Source: an uncultured Anaerolineaceae bacterium (GTDB lineage: Bacteria; Chloroflexota; Anaerolineae; Anaerolineales; Anaerolineaceae). Taken from it: DNA of 64,000 bases. The translations under genes were made by a program, and so were the position numbers. Under the pieces are notes generated by a model, which was not told the DNA's origin, did not search any database, and saw only the letters and a program-made list of their open reading frames with translations. The stretch lies in NCBI GenBank assembly GCA_937897615.1, contig CALCNO010000046.1, positions 9,463-73,462 on the forward strand. Direction: 5' to 3'. This document shows positions 17,331 to 27,047 of this stretch, piece by piece; position 1 is the stretch's first letter, and every line of letters begins with the position of its first letter.

Positions 17331-18482
17331 TTATGGCAGTGACGAGGGGTCAAAGAGCCGCAGGTGCTCTTCAACCGCAAAGCGGTCTGTCATCCCAGCC
17401 AGGTAATCACAAATTGTACGCTCTTTTCCTTTTACGTCAATTTGTTCCTGGAATTGGTTGGGCAGCATGGCAGGTTCACGGATATATGCGTTGAATAATT
17501 CGCTGAGCACTTTTTCGGCTTTTTGCTGCATGCGTACCACGCGGTAATGGCGGTACATGTTGTTGAAAAGGAAATCTTTAAGTTCGCGGTTGTGCTTTTT
17601 CATCTCGTCGGCGAAGCCAACCACGTTGTACGGAAGCGACTGCAACTCGTGCAGGGTCTTGACGCCGCTTTTTTCAAGGCGCATGGCCGAATCGGCGATC
17701 ATGCTGTTCACTTCAAGCCCGACCAGTTCACGGATGATCTCGTGGCGCGAGAGGTCGTCCAGAGTGCAGGATTGCTTGCCAAAACTTTTCACTACCGTGT
17801 TCCATAATTCGATGCCTTCCAGCATCTCGGTGGTGATGGTGCCAGAACGCAATCCGTCATCCAGGTCGTGGGAGGTATAGGCGAGTTCATCGGCTACGTT
17901 GGTGATCTGGGCTTCCAGGTGGCCGCGCAGGCTGGGGTCAAAATCGAGGGCATCGGTCTTATCGTATTCCGTTTCATGCTTAACGATACCTTCCAGAACT
18001 TCCCAGGAAAGGTTGAGCCCGGGGAAATCCGGGTAGCGTTTTTCGATTTCGGTGACGATGCGGTAGGAGTGGTGGTTGTGGTTGAACCCGCCATGATCCT
18101 TCATCAGTTTGTTAAGGGTGGCCTCGCCGGAATGCCCGAAAGGCGGGTGTCCCATATCGTGTGCCATGCAAATGGATTCCACCAGGTCTTCGTTGGCGCC
18201 GAGGGCGCGTGCCAGGCTGCGCCCGATCTGCGTCACTTCGAGTGTGTGCGTCAGGCGTGTGCGGTAGTAATCGCCTTCGTAGTTGATAAAGACCTGGGTC
18301 TTGTATTCCAGGCGGCGAAAGGCTGTGGTGTGAAGAATGCGGTCCCGATCGCGCTGGAAGCAGGTGCGAAAGGCCGGCTCCGCTTCTGGGTAACGCCGTC
18401 CTTTTGAGTTTTTGGCGTGCACGGCATACGGTGCAAGGATTGTCTCTTCAAATCTTTCCTGGTCTTCGCGGTTGAAGGTCAT
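17331..18482 (-). CDS. dGTP triphosphohydrolase-like HD-domain protein
   Basis: HD motif HDMGHPPFGH and dGTPase family profile. ATG at 18482, preceded by GAAAGGGAA, is preferred over the GTG at 18497 that would overlap the upstream gene. Confidence 0.85.
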   Translation of the reverse strand: MTFNREDQERFEETILAPYAVHAKNSKGRRYPEAEPAFRTCFQRDRDRILHTTAFRRLEYKTQVFINYEGDYYRTRLTHTLEVTQIGRSLARALGANEDLVESICMAHDMGHPPFGHSGEATLNKLMKDHGGFNHNHHSYRIVTEIEKRYPDFPGLNLSWEVLEGIVKHETEYDKTDALDFDPSLRGHLEAQITNVADELAYTSHDLDDGLRSGTITTEMLEGIELWNTVVKSFGKQSCTLDDLSRHEIIRELVGLEVNSMIADSAMRLEKSGVKTLHELQSLPYNVVGFADEMKKHNRELKDFLFNNMYRHYRVVRMQQKAEKVLSELFNAYIREPAMLPNQFQEQIDVKGKERTICDYLAGMTDRFAVEEHLRLFDPSSLP

Positions 18483-18483
18483 C

Positions 18484-19284
18484 TTATTCCCTTTCACCCA
18501 TTGTGATGCAGGTTCCCAATTGCCTGCCCATCAATGATGCGTAAATGTTACCAGATTCTGCACCGGAAAAGATACTAACGCTCAATGAGGGATACTTCCC
18601 GGCCAATTCCAGCATGGCGGTCACCTTGGAGCCCATGCCGCCAGTAACATCCGGGCTGGTCGAGGCCATTTGCCATGTGCGCATGCTTGTCGTGGGGGTG
18701 ATCTTTGGCAGGATAAAATCCCGTGCTTTGTAGTCATTCCAGACACCGTTTTCAATCCCAGCAAGCAGGATGCGCTCCGGGGGCAGCTTTGCGGTAAGTG
18801 CGCTGAACAATTCTTCGGTGGAGAGGATGGTGCCGCCGATCTTGCGGTCAAAGATCACGTCACCGTGAATCAGCGGCGCCAGATGCTGCCTGACCGCAAG
18901 TTCGATAGGTTTCGTATTCCATACGACGATGCGATGGTCGTTGGTGATAACACTGCCAGAGGGGGAAAAGCTAATCACGGGAACGCCTGCTTTTGCGAGG
19001 CTGTCTGCAATGAGGTTGTTAAGCGCGCGCGCTTTTTGCCAAACGCGGGCAAACCCCAGCCATTCTTCCGTACTGCTCACGCCCTCGCGGGTGTGGAACT
19101 GCTGTGCGGCATGATGGCCAAAGGAACCCGACCCGTGCCCGATCACAAGCTCCAGCCGGGGAGAATCCTTTAATGCTGCAGCGATTTCATCACAAATGGC
19201 AGAGATTCTTGCCAGGTTAGGGGTATCCGTCTTTTCCTTGTTGGTGATCAAGGAACCGCCGAGTTTCAGGAATACCAGGCTCAT
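18484..19284 (-). CDS. Isopentenyl phosphate kinase (amino-acid-kinase fold)
   Basis: N-terminus FLKLGGSLITNK and the GHGSGSFGH motif are typical of IPK. 4-nt overlap with mevalonate kinase. Confidence 0.75.
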   Translation of the reverse strand: MSLVFLKLGGSLITNKEKTDTPNLARISAICDEIAAALKDSPRLELVIGHGSGSFGHHAAQQFHTREGVSSTEEWLGFARVWQKARALNNLIADSLAKAGVPVISFSPSGSVITNDHRIVVWNTKPIELAVRQHLAPLIHGDVIFDRKIGGTILSTEELFSALTAKLPPERILLAGIENGVWNDYKARDFILPKITPTTSMRTWQMASTSPDVTGGMGSKVTAMLELAGKYPSLSVSIFSGAESGNIYASLMGRQLGTCITMGERE

Positions 19285-20243
19285 TGAGGTTCTCCTTCAC
19301 TCATGTTGAATCGGGCTGGGATCACTTTTGCCGCGCCGGCCTTGAGGAGCGCCTGGCTCACCTGGTCGCATGCTTCAACGGGAGCCAGAACTAGAACATT
19401 GCCCCCCAGTCCTCCGCCGGTCATTTTTGCCCCGTAAGCCCCGGCCTGGTTGGCAGCCCTGGCAAGCTCATCCAGGATGGGCAGCGAAACCCCCATTTGC
19501 CTGAGCAGTTGGTGGTTTTCATTCATCAGGTTGCCAGCACTGCTTAACTCGCCAGTCTGAAGCAATCCTTGCATCGAGTTGGTAATTTGCCCGATGCGCG
19601 AAAACATGGCCTCGTATTCCGTTGTGGCAGTCATCCAGTGCTCGCGTACCAGGCCAACGGCTTTGCCGGTGGACCCTTTAAGCCCTGAGTTGGCGATGAG
19701 GAACAACATGGGATGGCTGAACTGGAGCCAGCGCATGGGAAATCCCTTTTGAAAGAGCAATGGCCTGGCGTAAGTGATCACGGAGTTATCGATGCCGGAA
19801 GGAGTGCGATGGTGATTCTTTTCGACCTCAAAGGCGATGTCGTTAATGGCTTCATCCTTGAGTGGGTGGCCCAGAAAAGTGGAAAGCGCCCTGGCAAAAG
19901 CAACCGTCACTGAAGCGCTTGACCCAAGCCCGCCGCCAACCGGGATGCTGGAATGGATCTGAATCTCGCAGGATGGGATGTGGTCGGCTGACACAGCAGA
20001 GAGCACAAGAGCAGCCGTTTTACGCAGGCTGGATTCCGGGTGCAGATCGCTCATTGCGCATTTTAGCCAGATTGCCGGGTCTTTGATGAGCACAAAGCCG
20101 CTGGCGATATTTGGACGGGCTATGATGACGCACCGGGTCGAGACATCACGGACGGGCAGAGCAATGGCTGGTTGCCCGTAGACGACGGCGTGCTCACCGC
20201 ACAAGATCACTTTTCCGGGTGCAGAACTTGAGATGGCAGGCAT
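19281..20243 (-). CDS. mvk: Mevalonate kinase (GHMP kinase)
   Basis: Start trimmed to MPAISSSAPGKVILCGEHAVVYG. GHMP motif PVGGGLGSSAS. Confidence 0.8.
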   Translation of the reverse strand: MPAISSSAPGKVILCGEHAVVYGQPAIALPVRDVSTRCVIIARPNIASGFVLIKDPAIWLKCAMSDLHPESSLRKTAALVLSAVSADHIPSCEIQIHSSIPVGGGLGSSASVTVAFARALSTFLGHPLKDEAINDIAFEVEKNHHRTPSGIDNSVITYARPLLFQKGFPMRWLQFSHPMLFLIANSGLKGSTGKAVGLVREHWMTATTEYEAMFSRIGQITNSMQGLLQTGELSSAGNLMNENHQLLRQMGVSLPILDELARAANQAGAYGAKMTGGGLGGNVLVLAPVEACDQVSQALLKAGAAKVIPARFNMSEGEPQ

Positions 20244-20247
20244 TCTT

Positions 20248-21123
20248 TTACTTGGATAAGTAGAACACGAGCAGCACTGCAATTCCCCATAAAACCACGG
20301 TGATCTGCAAGGGGCGGTCACTGATTAAGAGGTCTTCCGGTTCCCCGCCTTTTTTGCCGATTTGCATCAATGAGAGGTAACGAAAAATGCCATAAAGCAC
20401 AAAGGGAATGGTCAGCATCATGGTGTGGTTTTCCGGCAGGTTGGGTGCTGAAAAAGTGTACAGCGAATAGGCCATGATGGTAGTCGCCGATACTACTGTG
20501 ATCAACTGGTCGATCAGGTCAAGGGAGTAGCCTGCCAGCACCTTGCGGTGCGAAGTGGTGTTCTCCGGCACCAGCACCAGCAGTTCGGTGCGGCGTTTGC
20601 CGAGGCCGATGTAGAGAGACAGCAGGGTCATCACCACATACAGCCAGGGAGAGAAACGTGCCACCTCAATTACGGAAACACCAACCGCCACGCGCAGAAC
20701 AAAGCATGCCGCAATGACCAGTAAGTCAATCAACGGGATGTGCTTGAGCCATTTCGAGTATGCTAGGTTCAGCAGGAAGTATGCCAGAAAGAATAGGAAA
20801 GTATGCAGGTTCAGCAGGTAAGCGCCGGCATGGGCGAGGATGGCAAGAAGAATAGCGGTAGCTACGGCTAACTTTATGGAAAGCTTCCCTGACGCAATCG
20901 GGCGGTTCTTTTTGACCGGGTGCAGTTTATCAGCTTCCCGATCCATAATGTCGTTAATGAGGTACACGCTGCTCGCCAGAAGGCAGAACAGAGCAAAGGC
21001 AATCGCCGTGCGTGCCAGCGACGGAATTTCAAACAGTTTGCGGTCAAAAACCAGCGCCGCAAAAATAAACATGTTTTTTAGCCACTGTTTGGGGCGCATT
21101 GCCTTAAAAAGGTATTTAATCAT
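20248..21123 (-). CDS. UbiA-family prenyltransferase resembling decaprenyl-phosphate 5-phosphoribosyltransferase (DPPR synthase)
   Basis: Polytopic. NDIMDREADKLHPVKKNRPIASG first Asp-rich motif, and a C-terminal GGEPEDLLISDRPLQ segment like the Rv3806c subfamily (as I recall that sequence). Confidence 0.7.
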   Translation of the reverse strand: MIKYLFKAMRPKQWLKNMFIFAALVFDRKLFEIPSLARTAIAFALFCLLASSVYLINDIMDREADKLHPVKKNRPIASGKLSIKLAVATAILLAILAHAGAYLLNLHTFLFFLAYFLLNLAYSKWLKHIPLIDLLVIAACFVLRVAVGVSVIEVARFSPWLYVVMTLLSLYIGLGKRRTELLVLVPENTTSHRKVLAGYSLDLIDQLITVVSATTIMAYSLYTFSAPNLPENHTMMLTIPFVLYGIFRYLSLMQIGKKGGEPEDLLISDRPLQITVVLWGIAVLLVFYLSK

Positions 21124-21129
21124 AAGATA

Positions 21130-21138
21130 AATATATCA
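21130..21138 (-). promoter_or_regulatory. Candidate extended -10 (TGATATATT) 6 nt upstream of the UbiA-family ATG (leaderless candidate)
   Basis: The reverse complement of 21130-21138 reads TGATATATT. Only TATCTT separates it from the ATG at 21123, and there is no Shine-Dalgarno. Confidence 0.35.
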
Positions 21139-21155
21139 TAGGAATCTTTCGCGGG

Positions 21156-21161
21156 TAAAAT
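21156..21161 (+). promoter_or_regulatory. Candidate -10 (TAAAAT) 6 nt upstream of the tlyA ATG (leaderless candidate)
   Basis: TAAAAT at 21156-21161, then TCGGTT, then the ATG at 21168. No Shine-Dalgarno. Confidence 0.35.
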
Positions 21162-21167
21162 TCGGTT

Positions 21168-21962
21168 ATGGCGAAAACGCGCTTGGATGTTTATCTGGCG
21201 GAACAAGGGCTTGCTGAAAGCCGCTCTGCGGCGCAGCGTATGGTCATGGCCGGCAGCGTGCGCATCAATGGCCAGGTGGCGCTCAAGCCCGCCGATGCGG
21301 TGAGCGCAACGGACCTGGTGACGGTGGATGCGCCGCCGCGCTTTGTTTCTCGCGGAGGAGAGAAGCTGCTGGGGGCATTGCAGGCATTTGGCCGCGAGCA
21401 CCTGCAAGGAATCACCTGCGTGGATGTTGGTGCCAGCACCGGCGGATTTACCGACTGTCTGTTGCAGCATGGCGCTGCCAGGGTGTATGCTGTGGACGTA
21501 GGATATGGCATCTTGCACTGGAAGCTGCGCCAGGATGCCAGAGTGGTGGTGATGGAAAAGACCAATGCGCGCTTTGTACCGGGCTTCCCGGAGCCGATTC
21601 AACTGGTGACCATTGACGCTTCTTTTATTTCACTGCGCACACTGCTGCCTGTGGTCAAGGCCTGGTTTAATGGCGGGAAGGGGGAAGTGATCGCTTTGAT
21701 CAAGCCGCAATTTGAGGCTGGCCGGCAGGATGCCGCGCGGGGTGAGGGGGTGATTCGCGACCCGGAAATTCACAAACGTATCCTGATGGAAATGCTGGCT
21801 TTTGCCACAACAAACGGCTTTGCGGTGCATGGGCTGGCCCGCTCTCCACTGCTGGGGCCAAAAGGCAATACGGAGTTTTTGATTGACTTGCTGGTTGGGA
21901 GCGGCGAGGGGATGGCGGAACGGGATTGGCTGGCAGACCTTTTCCCTCAGGCAGCGGCGTAG
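21168..21962 (+). CDS. tlyA: TlyA family rRNA 2'-O-methyltransferase (hemolysin A-like)
   Basis: N-terminal S4 domain (RLDVYLAEQGLAESRSAAQRMV) followed by an FtsJ-like methyltransferase (DVGASTGGFTD). Confidence 0.9.
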   Translation: MAKTRLDVYLAEQGLAESRSAAQRMVMAGSVRINGQVALKPADAVSATDLVTVDAPPRFVSRGGEKLLGALQAFGREHLQGITCVDVGASTGGFTDCLLQHGAARVYAVDVGYGILHWKLRQDARVVVMEKTNARFVPGFPEPIQLVTIDASFISLRTLLPVVKAWFNGGKGEVIALIKPQFEAGRQDAARGEGVIRDPEIHKRILMEMLAFATTNGFAVHGLARSPLLGPKGNTEFLIDLLVGSGEGMAERDWLADLFPQAAA

Positions 21963-21981
21963 TGCAATACCTTAATAGTTT

Positions 21982-22009
21982 TTGAGTTCAAAAGGTTTCA
22001 AGGTATACT
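21982..22009 (+). promoter_or_regulatory. Candidate promoter for lepA (TTGAGT-16-TATACT), only 11 nt before the ATG
   Basis: TTGAGT at 21982-21987 and TATACT at 22004-22009. The remaining 11 nt (AAACTCCGATT) contain no Shine-Dalgarno. Confidence 0.35.
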
Positions 22010-22020
22010 AAACTCCGATT

Positions 22021-23820
22021 ATGAGCATCGACCGGATTCGTAATTTTTGTATTATTGCCCATGTGGATCATGGAAAATCCACGCTTGCCGATCGCATGCT
22101 GCAGATCACCGGCACTGTCTCAGACCGCGAAATGGTAGAACAGGTACTGGACTCGATGGACCTGGAACGCGAAAAGGGCGTTACCATCAAAGCTTCGGCA
22201 GTGCGCATGAAGTACAACTACAAGGACACAGAGTACGAACTCAACCTGATCGATACGCCCGGGCACGTGGACTTTAATTACGAGGTGAGCCGTGCTCTTG
22301 AGGCCTGTGAGGGAGCATTGCTGGTGGTGGATGCCACCCAGGGAATCGAAGCGCAGACGCTGGCGAACCTGTACCTTGCGTTGGAATCCAACCTGGCTAT
22401 CCTGCCGGTGATCAATAAAATCGATCTGGCCTCTGCACGCCCGGATGAGGTGGCCGAGGAAATTGAGGCGCTGGTGGGTACGCCGGCGGAATCCATCCTG
22501 CGCGTTTCTGCCAAAGATGGTGTTAACGTAGAGAGCGTACTCAAGGAGATCGTTGAGAAGATTCCACCCCCCGCAAGAGATCTGCAGGCGCCCCTGCGGG
22601 CGTTGGTTTTTGATTCGCATTACGATTCTTACAAGGGTGTGGTGGCTTACATCCGTGTCATGGAAGGGTTTCTCCAGACCACCAACGTTGTCCGCATGAT
22701 GGCCACCGGCGCCGATGTAAAGCCCGTCGAAATCGGTGTGTTTGCTCCAGGGATGACGCCCATTGGCGAACTTGCTGCCGGAGACGTGGGCTATGTAGCC
22801 ACCGGTTTGAAGACGGTCAAGGAATGCCGCGTGGGTGATACGCTCACCCTGGCGGCCAACCCGGCAGAAAAACCGCTGCCCGGCTACCGCCACCCCAAGC
22901 CGATGGTATTTGCTGGCATCTTCCCTGTGGAGGGCGAAGATTACGGCGAACTTAAGGATTCCATCGAAAAACTGCAACTGAACGACGCTTCGCTGGTATA
23001 CGAGCCGGAAACCTCACAGGCGTTGAACTTTGGTTTTCGCTGCGGCTTTCTCGGCTTGTTCCACATGGAGATCATCCAGGAGCGCCTCGAACGTGAGTAC
23101 AACCTGGACATTGTGGTCACGGCCCCCAGTGTGGAATACGAGGTGCAATTAGCAACAGGAGAAACGGTGCTGGTGTCCTCACCGGCAAAGCTGCCGGATG
23201 AAGCATTGATTGCCGAGGTGCGCGAACCGTGGATGCGCCTGGAGGTGATCACCCCTACCGAGTTCTACGGAACGATCATGGAGTTGGTGACCAAACGCCG
23301 CGGCACCTTCATCTCGCAGGACTACCCGGCGCCCAAGCGTGTGCAGCTGAACTATGACATTCCGCTCTCTGAGTTGATTGTGGATTTCTTTGATGATCTG
23401 AAATCGCGTACGCGCGGGTATGCCTCCATGGATTACCACTTTTTGGAATATCGGCCCGGCAGCCTGGTGAAGCTTGAAGTGCTGGTAGATGAAGAGCCGG
23501 TGGATGCGCTGGCGGCAATTGTGCATAAAGAAGATGCCTATCACAAGGGGCAGTATCTGGTCACCAGGCTAAAGTCGCTGATTCCACGGCAGATGTTTGA
23601 TGTTGCCATCCAGGCCTCGGCCAGCGGGCGGGTGATTTCCCGTGCCAATGTGAAAGCACTGCGCAAGGATGTGCTGGCTAAGTGCTACGGCGGTGACATT
23701 ACCCGTAAGAAAAAGCTGCTGGAAAAACAAAAACGAGGCAAGCGCCGCATGAAAATGGTGGGCGATGTGGAAATCCCACAGGAAGCCTTTATGGCAGTGC
23801 TGCGCCTGGAAGAGGATTGA
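22021..23820 (+). CDS. lepA: Elongation factor 4 (LepA)
   Basis: [19 protein letters not shown]1 motif, [12 protein letters not shown], and the characteristic LepA C-terminal domain. Confidence 0.97.
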   Translation: MSIDRIRNFCIIAHVDHGKSTLADRMLQITGTVSDREMVEQVLDSMDLEREKGVTIKASAVRMKYNYKDTEYELNLIDTPGHVDFNYEVSRALEACEGALLVVDATQGIEAQTLANLYLALESNLAILPVINKIDLASARPDEVAEEIEALVGTPAESILRVSAKDGVNVESVLKEIVEKIPPPARDLQAPLRALVFDSHYDSYKGVVAYIRVMEGFLQTTNVVRMMATGADVKPVEIGVFAPGMTPIGELAAGDVGYVATGLKTVKECRVGDTLTLAANPAEKPLPGYRHPKPMVFAGIFPVEGEDYGELKDSIEKLQLNDASLVYEPETSQALNFGFRCGFLGLFHMEIIQERLEREYNLDIVVTAPSVEYEVQLATGETVLVSSPAKLPDEALIAEVREPWMRLEVITPTEFYGTIMELVTKRRGTFISQDYPAPKRVQLNYDIPLSELIVDFFDDLKSRTRGYASMDYHFLEYRPGSLVKLEVLVDEEPVDALAAIVHKEDAYHKGQYLVTRLKSLIPRQMFDVAIQASASGRVISRANVKALRKDVLAKCYGGDITRKKKLLEKQKRGKRRMKMVGDVEIPQEAFMAVLRLEED

Positions 23821-24833
23821 TGAAGAAAAAGGGAATCCCAAACTGGCTCAAGATCGTCCCGGGAGTTTTATTTAGCATACTGGCGGTGCTTGCGGTATTG
23901 AAGTTCGTAAATCCGGATGACTTGAAAAACGCGTTTTCCACGGTGAGTATCAAATTCATCCTGATGATTGCGGCCATGAATTTGATTAGCCTGCTGCTGC
24001 GCGGCAAGGCATGGCAAACCATCCTGGACAAGAAAATTAGCTTTTGGGATGCTTTCTTTGGGGTGAGTGAGGGGTATTTCCTTAATAACATCCTGCCGTT
24101 CAGGGCAGGGGAATTTGGGCGCTCCTTTTTTGTGGGGCGCAAGTCTGGCCTGGGAACCTTCTATACGCTTTCCAGCATTGTCATTGAGCGCGCCTTTGAT
24201 ATTGCCTTTGCTGCACTGCTGATCGTGGCCACGCTGCCCAACTTGACCGGCATGGAATGGGCCAAACCGATTGCGGTTGTAGCGCTTGTGCTGGTGTTCA
24301 TTGGCATGGTGTGTCTTTTTTTGCTTACCCGCTACAAGGAAAAGGTGCTGGGCTGGATCAGCCAGCACGAGGGCAAATCGCGTTTCTTTTCCATTGTGAT
24401 TCCTGTGGTTAAAAACCTGATCGAGGGGTTTTCCACGATCAAGCGTCCGGCGCAGTTCTTTCTTTCCCTGCTCTGGATTGCGCTTTGCTGGGGTGTTTGG
24501 TCTGCATTGTATTACCTGACAGTAATCCAGATATTGCCTGGGGAACCACTCTGGACGGGTGCGTTTATCGCCAGCGTGTTGGCACTTGGCATTGCCGTCC
24601 CCTCTGCGCCGGCAGCTCTGGGTGTATTTGAGGCCGCTATTACCGGCGCGGTGGTTCTGCTGGGGGGCACCACCGGCAGCGCATTTGGCTATGCCATGAT
24701 CGTCCACCTTATTCACTTTGTGGTAGCTGGCATATTGGGCATGTGGGGGTTGTCCCGGGATCAGGTCAGCTTTTCAACTTTGGTCAATGACGTGATGAAG
24801 AGAAGGGAATCTTCTCCAGAACCAAGGAGTTGA
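23820..24833 (+). CDS. Flippase-like polytopic membrane protein (LPG_synthase_TM / UPF0104 family)
   Basis: ATG overlaps the lepA TGA (TGATG). ~8 TM helices. Motif ILPFRAGEFGR is typical of the lysylphosphatidylglycerol-synthase TM region family. Confidence 0.65.
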   Translation: MKKKGIPNWLKIVPGVLFSILAVLAVLKFVNPDDLKNAFSTVSIKFILMIAAMNLISLLLRGKAWQTILDKKISFWDAFFGVSEGYFLNNILPFRAGEFGRSFFVGRKSGLGTFYTLSSIVIERAFDIAFAALLIVATLPNLTGMEWAKPIAVVALVLVFIGMVCLFLLTRYKEKVLGWISQHEGKSRFFSIVIPVVKNLIEGFSTIKRPAQFFLSLLWIALCWGVWSALYYLTVIQILPGEPLWTGAFIASVLALGIAVPSAPAALGVFEAAITGAVVLLGGTTGSAFGYAMIVHLIHFVVAGILGMWGLSRDQVSFSTLVNDVMKRRESSPEPRS

Positions 24834-24836
24834 GAT

Positions 24837-25865
24837 ATGAAAAACTTTACATTGATTACAGGTGGAGCGGGGTTCATTGGCTCCAATTATGCTGCTCGCT
24901 GTTTGCAGCGAGGCGAGGCGGTCAGGATTTTTGATAACCTTTCCCGCGCTGGCGCGCCGTTGAACCTGCGCTGGCTTGAAGATACCTTTGGCAAGGGGTC
25001 GTTTGAATTGATCCAGGGGGATGTGCGCGACGCCGAAGCCGTCACGAAAGTGGTCAGGGGCGCCAGCCGCATTTTGCACCTGGCTGCCCAGGTGGCGGTA
25101 ACTACTTCTGTCACCGACCCGGTGACCGATTTTGCCATCAACGCACAGGGCACCTTTAATGTGGTCGAGGCAGCCCGCAAATCCGGGACAAACCCTAAGC
25201 TGATCTTTGCTTCTACCAACAAGGTGTATGGCGGGATGGAAAATGTGCCCGTCGTGGAAAAAACCAGCCGCTACGAATACAAAGACCTGCCTTTTGGCGC
25301 AACCGAAGACCAACCGCTGGATTTTCACTCGCCCTATGGCTGTTCCAAGGGGAGCGGCGACCAGTACGTGCGCGACTATCACCGTATTTATGGACTAGCA
25401 ACACTGGTGTATCGCCAGTCCTGCATCTACGGAAGGCGCCAGTTTGGGGTTGAAGACCAGGGGTGGGTAGCTTGGTTCATCATTGCCGCGATTTTAGGGA
25501 AGCCCATTACCATCTACGGCAACGGAAAGCAGGTGCGTGACATCCTGTTTGTGGACGACCTGGTGGATGCCTATGATGCGGGTTTTGCCCGTTTGCCGGA
25601 AGTTGGTGGCCAAATCTTTAATATCGGTGGCGGCCACCAGAATACCATTTCGATCTGGTGTGAATTCCAGCCGATGTTGGAAGAATTGCTGGGGCGCAAG
25701 ATTGTTACCGCCAGTTCCGATTGGCGCCCGGGCGATCAGCCTGTGTTCATCTCCGACATTCGCAAGGCGCAAAAACGATTGGGGTGGTCTCCCAAAATCT
25801 CTGCGCAAAAGGGGATCGAGATGCTGTTCAACTGGGTCAAAGACAACCAGGCGTTATTCAAATAA
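24837..25865 (+). CDS. NAD-dependent sugar epimerase (extended SDR, CDP-paratose/tyvelose 2-epimerase-like)
   Basis: TGGAGFIGSN Rossmann motif, YGCSK catalytic YxxxK, length 342 aa. Confidence 0.8.
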   Translation: MKNFTLITGGAGFIGSNYAARCLQRGEAVRIFDNLSRAGAPLNLRWLEDTFGKGSFELIQGDVRDAEAVTKVVRGASRILHLAAQVAVTTSVTDPVTDFAINAQGTFNVVEAARKSGTNPKLIFASTNKVYGGMENVPVVEKTSRYEYKDLPFGATEDQPLDFHSPYGCSKGSGDQYVRDYHRIYGLATLVYRQSCIYGRRQFGVEDQGWVAWFIIAAILGKPITIYGNGKQVRDILFVDDLVDAYDAGFARLPEVGGQIFNIGGGHQNTISIWCEFQPMLEELLGRKIVTASSDWRPGDQPVFISDIRKAQKRLGWSPKISAQKGIEMLFNWVKDNQALFK

Positions 25866-25871
25866 CCCTTT

Positions 25872-27029
25872 ATGAAAATTCTGATCGTTCTGACTTATTA
25901 CCGGCCTCATATCAGCGGACTTACGATCTATGCTGAGCGTTTGGCAAAAGCTTTCGCCAAACGCGGGCACGAGGTGACCATACTCACTTCGCAGTTTGAG
26001 CCGGCGCTTGCCCGCGATGAAGTGGTGGACGGGGTCAGGATCATACGCGCTCCGGTGTTGTTCCGTTTGAGCAAAGGCGTCATCATGCCCACCTTTGGCT
26101 GGCTGGCTTCAAAACTGGTGAGCCAGGCCGACGTGATCCAGTTGCACCTGCCGCAATTCGATGCAGCCGGGATTTCGCTGCGGGGCAGGTTGTTGCGAAA
26201 ACCAACAGTCATCACTTACCATTGCGATCTCATACTGCCCCCCGGGTTGTTTAACCGCGTGGCCAATTTGGCCGTACTTTTTATGAACTGGCTGACAGCC
26301 ATTTTTACCCACCGCATTGTTACCTACACCCAGGATTACGCCGAGCATTCGGATTACCTCAAGAACAAAATGAAAAAGGTGAAGATCATCCCGCCTCCGG
26401 TGGTGCTGCCAGCTGTAAAACCAGAAGCGGTGCGCGCGTTTGCGCAGACCCACAATGCTCCCAACCGCCGCCCCGTCATTGGTATGGCCGCACGTTTTGC
26501 CACAGAAAAAGGGGTGGAGGTGCTTTTGGAGGCTTTGCCGCGCGTGCTGGAACGCTTCCCCAATGCGCTGGTGCAGTTTGTGGGGCCTTACCAGAACATC
26601 ATTGGCGAGGAGGAGTACTTCTCGCGCCTTTTGCCGCGCATTGCACAATACCAGCAAAGCGGGCATTGGCAGTTTTTAGGTTCACTCAACCCGGAACAAA
26701 TGGCTGCCTTTTTCCCCAACCTGGATGTGCTGGTGCTGCCCAGCCTTAACTCAACCGAGGCGTTCGGGTTAGTGCAGATCGAAGCGATGATGAATGGTGT
26801 TCCCTGCATAGCCTCTTCACTGCCAGGTGTGCGCCAGCCGGTTTTACGGCACGGCATGGGGCGCATCTTTCCCATAGGCGATTCGGCGGCATTGGCCGAT
26901 GCACTGATTGAAGTGCTGGCCAATAAGAAAAATTACACAACCAACCTGGTGCCATTTTCTATCTATGACCCCAACATGGTGGCACAGGATTACGAAGAAT
27001 TGTTTGCGGAACTTAAACAGAACATCTAA
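25872..27029 (+). CDS. Glycosyltransferase family 4 (GT-B, retaining type)
   Basis: N-terminal MKILIVLTYYRPHISGLTIY and the C-terminal EAFGLVQIEAMMNGVP (E-x7-E) motif. Confidence 0.85.
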   Translation: MKILIVLTYYRPHISGLTIYAERLAKAFAKRGHEVTILTSQFEPALARDEVVDGVRIIRAPVLFRLSKGVIMPTFGWLASKLVSQADVIQLHLPQFDAAGISLRGRLLRKPTVITYHCDLILPPGLFNRVANLAVLFMNWLTAIFTHRIVTYTQDYAEHSDYLKNKMKKVKIIPPPVVLPAVKPEAVRAFAQTHNAPNRRPVIGMAARFATEKGVEVLLEALPRVLERFPNALVQFVGPYQNIIGEEEYFSRLLPRIAQYQQSGHWQFLGSLNPEQMAAFFPNLDVLVLPSLNSTEAFGLVQIEAMMNGVPCIASSLPGVRQPVLRHGMGRIFPIGDSAALADALIEVLANKKNYTTNLVPFSIYDPNMVAQDYEELFAELKQNI

Positions 27030-27047
27030 CCTTGCGGAGTTGCTGCT

